Assembly: GCA_048939015.1 (NCBI GenBank) | Contig: JBHLPW010000074.1 | Coordinates: 1-21,190 of the forward strand | DNA length: 21,190 nucleotides | Reading direction: 5' to 3' | Origin: Promethearchaeota archaeon | GTDB taxonomy: Archaea > Asgardarchaeota > Lokiarchaeia > Sigyniarchaeales > SOKP01 | Shown: positions 7,981 to 15,713 of the stretch, piece by piece | How the letters are laid out: each line of letters opens with the position of its first letter | Numbering within the stretch: the first letter of the stretch is position 1 | Program-made: the position numbers and the translations under genes | The notes under the pieces: model-generated | What the model was told of the DNA's origin: nothing | The model's input: only the letters and a program-made list of their open reading frames with translations | Databases searched by the model: none

Positions 7981-8322
7981 TTATTTATAGTCCTCCCTCG
8001 TTGGACTAAAAACTTCTATTACTTCAGTATTTTCGAGTAATTCAGCACCATGCTTTTCATTTGAATTGAATACATAACTATCTCCTTCATTTGCAATAAA
8101 TTCTCTTGTTTCTGTGATAAATTTTATTTTCCCTTTTAACACATATCCTATTTGATGGTTTTCATGTTCATGAAGTGGCACTATAGCATCCTTTTCTAAA
8201 TTAAAAAAGCATAACATTACATCATTATTAAAAGCTAAAGTTCTTCTGTATATACCCTCAAGAGCCTTAACCTTTTCAACATCCTGTTTATTAATTGGAC
8301 CTTTAATCATAAATCTATTCAC
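7981..8322 (-). CDS. Cupin domain protein, KdgF-like
   Basis: GIYRRTLAFNNDVML, PLHEHENHQIGYV..G, GDSY....NEKHGA, VFSPTREDY. Start is GTG 8322 or ATG 8310. Confidence 0.88.
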   Translation of the reverse strand: MNRFMIKGPINKQDVEKVKALEGIYRRTLAFNNDVMLCFFNLEKDAIVPLHEHENHQIGYVLKGKIKFITETREFIANEGDSYVFNSNEKHGAELLENTEVIEVFSPTREDYK

Positions 8323-8450
8323 TTTCTTTTTGTATTATTTGGAATATTTTTACTCTTTAATAAATTTGTTTAGAAAACTATTTTTTTGATAATTAAGATA
8401 GTGAAGTAAATGATATTTTTAATTGAAATTATTATGAATATTAATTTGGC

Positions 8451-8470
8451 TTTTACCAAAATTGTTAAAA
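8451..8470. promoter_or_regulatory. Imperfect palindrome TTTTACCAA-AA-TTGTTAAAA, candidate transcription-factor site
   Basis: 9-bp arms with one mismatch; identical copy at 12194-12213; both begin 173 bp before the start codon. Confidence 0.55.
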
Positions 8471-8568
8471 ATTTCAATTATTTTTCAAAATTCTAAATAA
8501 TTTTTTAATAGATTTTCATATACCTTTCATCTTATAAAATTTTAAAAGAAAAGAGTTTGAGAATTAAA

Positions 8569-8576
8569 TTTAAATA
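8569..8576 (+). promoter_or_regulatory. Archaeal TATA box (TTTAAATA) of surface protein gene A
   Basis: Lies in the block AAATTTAAATAAGATCAAATC shared by both paralog promoters, 55 bp before the start codon. Confidence 0.6.
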
Positions 8577-8623
8577 AGATCAAATCCTCTTGAACTTTAA
8601 CACCTTTTTTTGGGGTTATTTAT

Positions 8624-11600
8624 TTGTATAAGAAAATAAAAAATAAGAAAATTAGAATTATCTTTGGAGTAATTCTGTTAATTACGCTGAATTTAGCATC
8701 TGTTCCTTCCTTTCTAACACCTATTAATAAAGAGATTAAGGAACTCAAAGAAATAAGAAGCGCAGGAGTCTATTATGATATCGAAATTAATGATCTTCCT
8801 AGTAGTCCAACAAATTGGTCTTGGGCTGCTACTCAACCTTGGTTTAAAGGCGGTTCTGGTACACCCGTAGATCCCTATAGAATCGAAGATGAGACTTTCA
8901 TGTATAGCTCAGGAGCAGGCGAATGCCTCAGAATTTTTCACTCAAATAAGCACTTTATCATTAGAAATTGTACTTTTACAAATTCGTTTCCTTCTTTAGC
9001 AGGCCTTTATTTTGTAAATGTTACTAACGGACAATTTCTGGAGAATAATGTAGTATTCAATGGATATGGATTAGTTTGCGATAATGTTAGTAATACAATT
9101 ATTTCAAACAATGATTTCTCCTATTATTCAGATTATGGAATTTGGCTTATTGACAATTGTGATAATAATGTCATAACTGGAAATACAGTTAATGGACATG
9201 GTGGAGATTATGGAATAGCACTAGATTTAGATGCTGATAATAATCTGATTTATAATAATATTATTAAAAATCATGGAGTAGATAATGCTTATGATGATGG
9301 TTTTAATAATGATTGGAATAATACTGGGATTGGGAATTATTGGGATGATTACCCTGGTTATGATATGGATCTAAACGGAATTGGTGACATACCATATAGT
9401 ATTCCTGGAAGTGCTGGAGCTTTCGATTATTTACCAATATGGAATATTCAAACTCCAATCGCAATTGATGATCTTCCTGGTAGCCCAACAAATTGGTTAT
9501 GGGCTCAAACTCAACCATGGTTTGGAGGAGGATCTGGGACTTCGGGAGATCCTTATATTCTTGAGAATTTTAATATAGATGGTGGTGGTACAACTAATTG
9601 TATAACAGTCCTAAATTCTAATAAGCATTTCATTATTCGGGATTCTCACCTTTATAATTCTGGAGGATCTCCACCTGCAAGTTTAGTGCTATGGAATGTC
9701 ACTAATTCTCAAATTATTGGAAATAATGTAAGTAGCAGCACAAATATGGGTATTTTGCTATTTCTTTGTGATTACAATGTAATTTCAGGAAATACAGGAA
9801 ATCTTAATCAAATAGGATTAATATTATACGGAAGTAACCATAGTACAGTTACTGAAAATACATTCAACAATAATTTAATGGTCGGAATGATTGCTTATTA
9901 TAGTTCCCATAATGATATAATCGGGAATACGATTAATAACAATATAGCAAATGGAACTAGTGTTATTGAGAGTGATAATAACATAATTTTCGGAAATTCT
10001 ATAGAGAACAATGATATTGGTGTTTTCCTCAGTTCTGGAAGCAATAATAATCTTTTTTATGAAAATTATTTTAGAAATAGTGGAACAAACCATGCTTTTG
10101 ACAATGGTGTAAATAATGATTGGAACAATACACTCATAGGAAATTATTGGGATGATTATACCGGATATGATATGGATTTGGATGGCATTGGAGACACTCC
10201 TTATGACGTTCCTCCACCTGGAGGGAGCCAAGATTATATGCCGATATGGAATTTACAAGGACCGATCGCAATTGATGATCTTCCTAGTAGTATGAATAAT
10301 TGGGCATGGGCAGTAAGTCAAGTGTGGTGTAGTGGTTCTGGAACGGAGTTAGATCCATATATCATAGAGGATTTAATCATAGATGGTAAACTTGCTGATA
10401 TTTGCATCGAAATATCTAATTCTGATGCCCACTTTATAATTCGAGGTTGTAGTCTTAATAACACGCCTAGTGGTGCAACTGACGCTGGTATTTATTTGAA
10501 TAATGTGACTAATGGAGTTATTATAGACAATACTTTTTATAATCACAGAAATGCGTGTATATTTGGAATTATGAGCCACAATAATACTATATCGGATAAT
10601 TCCTTTGATTTTTTCCAACATGGAATATACTTATATGGGTCTTCCAACGAGTTATTAGATAACAATATTTATGGAGATTTATCAGGTACTGGTATAGTAT
10701 TAGAGGGGAGTTATTATTATAATCATATAACTGGAAATACAATAGAGAATTGTTACCAAGGAATTTTAATTTTATCTCCAAATAATAATACAATTTCAGG
10801 AAATAATGCGTTTGGAAATACTATGAATGGTATAGGTTTTTCTGACAGTGATTTCAATTATATTTCAGATAACACATTTCATGATAATGGATTACACGGG
10901 ATCCTTATGATAGCTGGGAGTAATGATAACACGATTGAAAATACAATGGTATATGATAATTTTCAAAATGGAATAGACCTTGAGAGTTGTTCTAATAATA
11001 TTATTAATGATAATATTATTCTTGACAACATTAATAACGGAATTGATTTAGATGGAACATCCAATAATAATCTAATATATGGGAATTTCTTCAGTGGTAA
11101 TGGAATACACGCTTTTGATGATGGCTCGAATAATGATTGGAATACTACGATTATTGGCAATTATTGGGCTAATTGGACTAGTCCAGATTCAGAACCTGAT
11201 GGAATTGTGGACATTCCATACACTTTCATTAAAGGTACGGCTAATAGTATAGATTACCTACCGATTGCTGAAGATGGACCACCATCTATAACTATCAATT
11301 CTCCTTCAACGAATGATGTTTTTGGGACTAGCGCCCCTGGATTTAGTGTCACTATTACAGACGATTTTCTTGATGAAACTTGGTATACTATTGATGGAGG
11401 ACTTCATAATTTTACGTTTACGGGATCTACTGGAACTATTGATCAGTCTGCATGGGACACTGCTTCAGATGGAGCGATCACATTGACATTCTATGCATCA
11501 GATCATGCAGATAATATCGGGTCTGCAACTGTTAATATCGAAAGAGATACTCAAGCGCCTAATATCACAATTACTTCTCCAAGTACAGATGATACCTTTG

Positions 11601-11935
11601 TAGGAGCCCCGAGTTTCGTTGTCGAAATTACAGATGATAATTTAGATTCAATGTGGTATTCCCTTGATGGTGGAATAACCACTTTCACATTTGACACTAA
11701 TGGTACTATCGATTCCTCCGCATGGGCAGCTTTAGCCACGGGTTCTGTTACCATTACATTCTATGCTAATGATACTGCAGGAAATCTTACCTCAGAAAGT
11801 GTAAATGTAATAAAAGTCCCTCCAGCTTCGGGAGATATGACTATTATTATCATAATAGTGGTTTCTGCGGTTACTGGAGCAGCTGTTGTTACTATAATCA
11901 TAATACTTAGAAAGCGAAAAGCAGGAGAAGAATAA
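8624..11935 (+). CDS. Membrane-anchored surface glycoprotein A: three NosD/CASH-type right-handed beta-helix modules, two Ig-like domains, C-terminal TM helix
   Basis: Basic/hydrophobic N-terminal signal; 3x [DLP...NW.WA..Q.W..GSGT..DPY.IE cap, (GI.L..S.NN.I.GN)n coils, GNYW...D.DGI.D.PY...DY.PI]; two P.ITI.SP...WY..DGG...ITFYA.D domains; TM helix then RKRK; many N-x-S/T sequons. TTG start aligns with the ATG of paralog B. Confidence 0.92.
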   Translation: MYKKIKNKKIRIIFGVILLITLNLASVPSFLTPINKEIKELKEIRSAGVYYDIEINDLPSSPTNWSWAATQPWFKGGSGTPVDPYRIEDETFMYSSGAGECLRIFHSNKHFIIRNCTFTNSFPSLAGLYFVNVTNGQFLENNVVFNGYGLVCDNVSNTIISNNDFSYYSDYGIWLIDNCDNNVITGNTVNGHGGDYGIALDLDADNNLIYNNIIKNHGVDNAYDDGFNNDWNNTGIGNYWDDYPGYDMDLNGIGDIPYSIPGSAGAFDYLPIWNIQTPIAIDDLPGSPTNWLWAQTQPWFGGGSGTSGDPYILENFNIDGGGTTNCITVLNSNKHFIIRDSHLYNSGGSPPASLVLWNVTNSQIIGNNVSSSTNMGILLFLCDYNVISGNTGNLNQIGLILYGSNHSTVTENTFNNNLMVGMIAYYSSHNDIIGNTINNNIANGTSVIESDNNIIFGNSIENNDIGVFLSSGSNNNLFYENYFRNSGTNHAFDNGVNNDWNNTLIGNYWDDYTGYDMDLDGIGDTPYDVPPPGGSQDYMPIWNLQGPIAIDDLPSSMNNWAWAVSQVWCSGSGTELDPYIIEDLIIDGKLADICIEISNSDAHFIIRGCSLNNTPSGATDAGIYLNNVTNGVIIDNTFYNHRNACIFGIMSHNNTISDNSFDFFQHGIYLYGSSNELLDNNIYGDLSGTGIVLEGSYYYNHITGNTIENCYQGILILSPNNNTISGNNAFGNTMNGIGFSDSDFNYISDNTFHDNGLHGILMIAGSNDNTIENTMVYDNFQNGIDLESCSNNIINDNIILDNINNGIDLDGTSNNNLIYGNFFSGNGIHAFDDGSNNDWNTTIIGNYWANWTSPDSEPDGIVDIPYTFIKGTANSIDYLPIAEDGPPSITINSPSTNDVFGTSAPGFSVTITDDFLDETWYTIDGGLHNFTFTGSTGTIDQSAWDTASDGAITLTFYASDHADNIGSATVNIERDTQAPNITITSPSTDDTFVGAPSFVVEITDDNLDSMWYSLDGGITTFTFDTNGTIDSSAWAALATGSVTITFYANDTAGNLTSESVNVIKVPPASGDMTIIIIIVVSAVTGAAVVTIIIILRKRKAGEE
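11563..11754 (+). repeat. 192-bp perfect direct repeat, copy 1 (second Ig-like domain)
   Basis: Base-by-base identical to 15303-15494; only 2 mismatches over 11563-11840 vs 15303-15580. Confidence 0.93.
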
Positions 11936-11943
11936 TAAATTTA

Positions 11944-11957
11944 TTTTTTTTTTTTTT
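11944..11957 (+). terminator. Oligo-T (T14) terminator of gene A
   Basis: TAATAAATTTA then T14; same context after gene B. Confidence 0.65.
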
Positions 11958-12193
11958 AATTTCTTAAGATGTTAGCAATAACTTATCTTTAGAATCTTTT
12001 TTTGAGAGATTTCAAAAATCACTTATGAGTATTTAGATCCTTTACTTATTGTTTTATTTAGAAATCATATCTTGTCTATGTAAAAATCTCTATAACTTTC
12101 CCATTTTCGATTATCTAGAACACTACTTTTTCAGACAAAAATAATTAGTTATATGAAATTTTTAATTAACTTAACTAAGAACATAAAACTGCT

Positions 12194-12213
12194 TTTTACC
12201 AAAATTGTTAAAA
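12194..12213. promoter_or_regulatory. Second copy of the TTTTACCAA-AA-TTGTTAAAA palindrome
   Basis: Identical to 8451-8470 at offset 3743, the same offset as the two start codons. Confidence 0.55.
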
Positions 12214-12311
12214 ATTTTCCTTTTATTATTAGATTCAAAACAATTCTTCAATAGATTTTCATAACTCTTTTATCTTATAAAATTTTTAACGAAATTGATT
12301 TGGGAAATAAA

Positions 12312-12319
12312 TTTAAATA
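12312..12319 (+). promoter_or_regulatory. Archaeal TATA box (TTTAAATA) of surface protein gene B
   Basis: Offset 3743 from 8569; followed by GGTGA, an SD-like motif, at 12355-12359. Confidence 0.6.
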
Positions 12320-12366
12320 AGATCAAATCATCTTAAATTTTAACACCCTTTTTTGGTGAAATTTAT

Positions 12367-15300
12367 ATGTATAAAAAATTAAAAAATAAGAAAATTACAT
12401 TTATCTTTGGAGTAATTCTGTTAATAACACTGAATTTAACAACGATACCCTCGGTTATAACTCCTATGCGCAAGAGTTCTAACGAGATAAATGAATTAAA
12501 AAGCTCTGGAATATATTATGATATTGTAATTGATGATCTTCCTAGTAGCTTAACAAATTGGACTTGGGCTATGACACAACCTTGGTTTGGAGGTGGATCT
12601 GGTACTTCAGGAGATCCATACCGTATCGAAAACCATATTTTTGAATATAATACTGGATCAGGACTTCCTTTCGGTATTATTAATTCAAGAAAATATTTCA
12701 TTATAAACAATTGTACCTTTAGAAATTCAGCCTCTGGTAATGTTGCACTCTTATTATCCAATGTCACCAATGGACAAATTCTAAATAGTTATATTTATAA
12801 TAGTGGTGTTGATGGGATAAATGTAGATGACACTAATGAAATACTCATTTCAAATAATGAGATATACGATAATGCTTGGAGTGGGATATATATGCATGGT
12901 GTTAGTGAAAATAATACCATAATAGGAAATCTTTTTTATAATAATGGATGGTATGGAACAGAAATATATTCTAATAATAATCTTTTTTATGATAATTACT
13001 TTGTAAATCCAATTAGTGGTCATGCTTTTGATACTGGTACTAATGATTGGAACAATACGGTCATCGGAAATTATTGGAGTGATTATACAGGATACGATAT
13101 GGATTTAGATGGTATCGGAGATACACCCTACGATGTTCCTCCAGGAGGAGGAAGCCAAGATTATTTACCAATATGGAATATTCAAACTCCAATTGCAATA
13201 AATGATCTTCCTAGTAGTCCAACAAATTGGTTATGGGCTCAAACTCAACCTTGGTTTGGAGGAGGATCTGGTACTTCCGGAGATCCTTATATTCTTGAGA
13301 ATTTCAAGATAGATGGTGGTGGTACAAGTAGCGGAATAATTGTTGAGAATTCTGATAAGCATTTCATTATTCGGGACTCTAACCTTTATAATTCAGGGGG
13401 AGCCTTTAATGGCGGTATCGCTCTTAATAACGTCACAAATGCACAAATCATAGGTAATAACGCAAGCAGCAATACAATTATTGGAATATTTTTAATGCTG
13501 TGTGATTATATTACAATTTCAGGAAATATAGGGATTCTCAATCAATTTGGTATAGTATTATGGGGATCTAACCATACCACGATTTCTGGAAATACTTTTA
13601 ACACCAATTCGATGGATGGAATTTATCTTTTGATGAGTGCCCTTAATAGTATTATCGGGAATACCATGAGTAATAATGTTGCAAATGGAACTTATTTACT
13701 TCAAAGTGACTTTAACACCATTTCAGGAAACACTATTAATAATAATGATATTGGACTTGGTCTCGATTCTGGAAGTAATGACAATCTTTGTTATGAAAAC
13801 TATTTTAGAAATAGTGGAACAGACCATGCTTTTGACAATGGTGTAAATAATGATTGGAACAATACACTCATTGGAAATTATTGGGATGATTATACCGGAT
13901 ATGATATGGACTTCGATGGCATCGGAGATACTCCACATGACGTTCCTCCCCCTGGAGGGAGTCAAGATTATTTACCTATATGGAACTTACAAGGACCGAT
14001 ATCAATTGATGATCTTCCTAGCAGTATGAATAATTGGGCATGGGCTGTAAGCCAAGCATGGTGCAGTGGTTCTGGAACAGTTGGAGATCCCTATATTATT
14101 GAGAATCTTAATATCGATAGCAAGAATACGGCAAATTGTATTGAAATATTAAACTCTAGAGCCTTTTTTGAAATTAGGAATTGTGAGTGTTATAGTCAAC
14201 CTATAGGAAGCTCATACAATGGAGTCTATTTAGAAAATGTTACAAATGGAGCGCTTTTAAATAACGATATCCATAATAACTATCAAGGAATGCATTTGGT
14301 TGATGTAAATTACACAAATATTATCAACAATGATATTTATAATAGTGCTTGGTATGGAATGTTTGTAGAGGATTGTAATCATTTACAGATTTCTTTAAAT
14401 AATTTCTCTGATAATGCTTATCGTGCCATTCGAGTGGATAGATCCAATTACAATACGATATCAAATAATTATATTTACAACACGATAAACTATGACAGCA
14501 TCCTTCTCTATACTAATTCTAATTTTAATTCAGTATTAGATAATATTATTGATACGACGGGTGATGTTGGAATTCGTCTTTTATCATTATGCAATAATAA
14601 CACGGTCTCTGGCAATGAAATAATGAATAGTAATGACCATGGAATATCTGTGGAAGGCAGTAATTTCAATATTCTTTGGGGAAATATAATACATGATAAT
14701 GATGATGATGGAATAAGAGTAACAAGTAGTGATGATAACACTTTTTATGAAAATGTTATCCGTGATAATATTGTTCATGGAATCTATTTAGATGGGACAT
14801 CTGAGAGGAATTTGTTTTACAGAAATTTCCTTGGTGGTAATACAATACATGCTTTTGATGATGGTTCGAATAACGATTGGAACACTACAATTATTGGTAA
14901 TTATTGGGATAATTGGACGAGTCCAGATTCAGAACCTGATGGAATTGTAGATGCTCCATATACTTACATTAAAGGTTCGGCGAATAGTATCGATTATCTA
15001 CCGATTGCTGAAGATGGACCACCATCTATAACTATTAATTCTCCTTCAACGGATGATGTTTTTGGGGCTAGTGCTCCTGGATTTAGTGTCACTATTACAG
15101 ACGATTTTCTAAATGAAACCTGGTATACGATTGATGGAGGACTTCATAACTTTACTTTTACGGGATCTACTGGAACTATTGATCAATCTGCATGGGACGC
15201 TGCTTCTGATGGAGCGATCACATTGACATTCTATGCATTAGACTATGCTGAAAATATCGGTTCTGCAGTAGTTAATATAGAAAAAGATACTCAAGAACCT

Positions 15301-15675
15301 AGTATCACAATTACTTCTCCAAGTACAGATGATACCTTTGTAGGAGCCCCGAGTTTCGTTGTCGAAATTACAGATGATAATTTAGATTCAATGTGGTATT
15401 CCCTTGATGGTGGAATAACCACTTTCACATTTGACACTAATGGTACTATCGATTCCTCCGCATGGGCAGCTTTAGCCACGGGTTCTGTTACCATCACATT
15501 CTATGCTAATGATACTGCAGGAAATCTTGCCTCAGAAAGTGTAAATGTAATAAAAGTCCCTCCAGCTTCGGGAGATATGATCATCATTATCATAATAATA
15601 GTTTCTGCAGTTGCTGGAGCAGCTGTTGTTACTATAATCATAATACTCAGAAAGCGAAAAGCAGGAGAAGAATAA
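12367..15675 (+). CDS. Membrane-anchored surface glycoprotein B, paralog of 8624-11935 (three beta-helix modules, two Ig-like domains, TM helix)
   Basis: Same architecture and nearly the same length (1102 vs 1103 aa); near-identical linkers and C-terminus; divergent beta-helix cores. Confidence 0.92.
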   Translation: MYKKLKNKKITFIFGVILLITLNLTTIPSVITPMRKSSNEINELKSSGIYYDIVIDDLPSSLTNWTWAMTQPWFGGGSGTSGDPYRIENHIFEYNTGSGLPFGIINSRKYFIINNCTFRNSASGNVALLLSNVTNGQILNSYIYNSGVDGINVDDTNEILISNNEIYDNAWSGIYMHGVSENNTIIGNLFYNNGWYGTEIYSNNNLFYDNYFVNPISGHAFDTGTNDWNNTVIGNYWSDYTGYDMDLDGIGDTPYDVPPGGGSQDYLPIWNIQTPIAINDLPSSPTNWLWAQTQPWFGGGSGTSGDPYILENFKIDGGGTSSGIIVENSDKHFIIRDSNLYNSGGAFNGGIALNNVTNAQIIGNNASSNTIIGIFLMLCDYITISGNIGILNQFGIVLWGSNHTTISGNTFNTNSMDGIYLLMSALNSIIGNTMSNNVANGTYLLQSDFNTISGNTINNNDIGLGLDSGSNDNLCYENYFRNSGTDHAFDNGVNNDWNNTLIGNYWDDYTGYDMDFDGIGDTPHDVPPPGGSQDYLPIWNLQGPISIDDLPSSMNNWAWAVSQAWCSGSGTVGDPYIIENLNIDSKNTANCIEILNSRAFFEIRNCECYSQPIGSSYNGVYLENVTNGALLNNDIHNNYQGMHLVDVNYTNIINNDIYNSAWYGMFVEDCNHLQISLNNFSDNAYRAIRVDRSNYNTISNNYIYNTINYDSILLYTNSNFNSVLDNIIDTTGDVGIRLLSLCNNNTVSGNEIMNSNDHGISVEGSNFNILWGNIIHDNDDDGIRVTSSDDNTFYENVIRDNIVHGIYLDGTSERNLFYRNFLGGNTIHAFDDGSNNDWNTTIIGNYWDNWTSPDSEPDGIVDAPYTYIKGSANSIDYLPIAEDGPPSITINSPSTDDVFGASAPGFSVTITDDFLNETWYTIDGGLHNFTFTGSTGTIDQSAWDAASDGAITLTFYALDYAENIGSAVVNIEKDTQEPSITITSPSTDDTFVGAPSFVVEITDDNLDSMWYSLDGGITTFTFDTNGTIDSSAWAALATGSVTITFYANDTAGNLASESVNVIKVPPASGDMIIIIIIIVSAVAGAAVVTIIIILRKRKAGEE
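15303..15494 (+). repeat. 192-bp perfect direct repeat, copy 2
   Basis: Identical to 11563-11754. Confidence 0.93.
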
Positions 15676-15683
15676 TAAATTTA

Positions 15684-15693
15684 TTTTTTTTTT
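15684..15693 (+). terminator. Oligo-T (T10) terminator of gene B
   Basis: T10 after the double TAA, in the gap convergent with the AEC gene. Confidence 0.6.
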
Positions 15694-15713
15694 AATTTCT
15701 TTATTTTTTATTT

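Larger units (their letters stand above)
8370..11965 (+). repeat. Tandem duplication unit, copy A (promoter + surface protein gene + terminator)
   Basis: Aligns with ~12116-15701 at offsets of 3734-3745 bp. Similarity is patchy; the left boundary is approximate. Confidence 0.85.
12116..15701 (+). repeat. Tandem duplication unit, copy B
   Basis: Aligns with ~8370-11965, including promoter blocks and terminator. Confidence 0.85.

Noticed and set aside
11815-11935. PGF-CTERM-type archaeosortase signal
   Set aside because: A TM helix and basic tail are present, but no PGF/PGY-like motif precedes the helix (VPPASGDM), so it is treated as a plain anchor.
11966-12020. Small hairpins after the gene A terminator (AAGAT-GTTA-GCAA-TAAC-TT-ATCTT; TTTTTGA-N6-TCAAAAA) as a possible ncRNA
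   Set aside because: Weak AU-rich stems, absent after gene B, and no promoter evidence.
8624-15675. Diversity-generating retroelement (TR/VR pair) as the source of the repeats
   Set aside because: Mismatches between copies involve all bases and are mostly at third codon positions rather than adenine-specific; both copies lie in full-length genes; no reverse transcriptase is in the window.
8624-15675. True nosD genes / nitrous oxide reductase cluster
   Set aside because: Only the beta-helix fold is shared. The proteins are three-module, membrane-anchored and ~1100 aa, and there is no nosZ or nosL.
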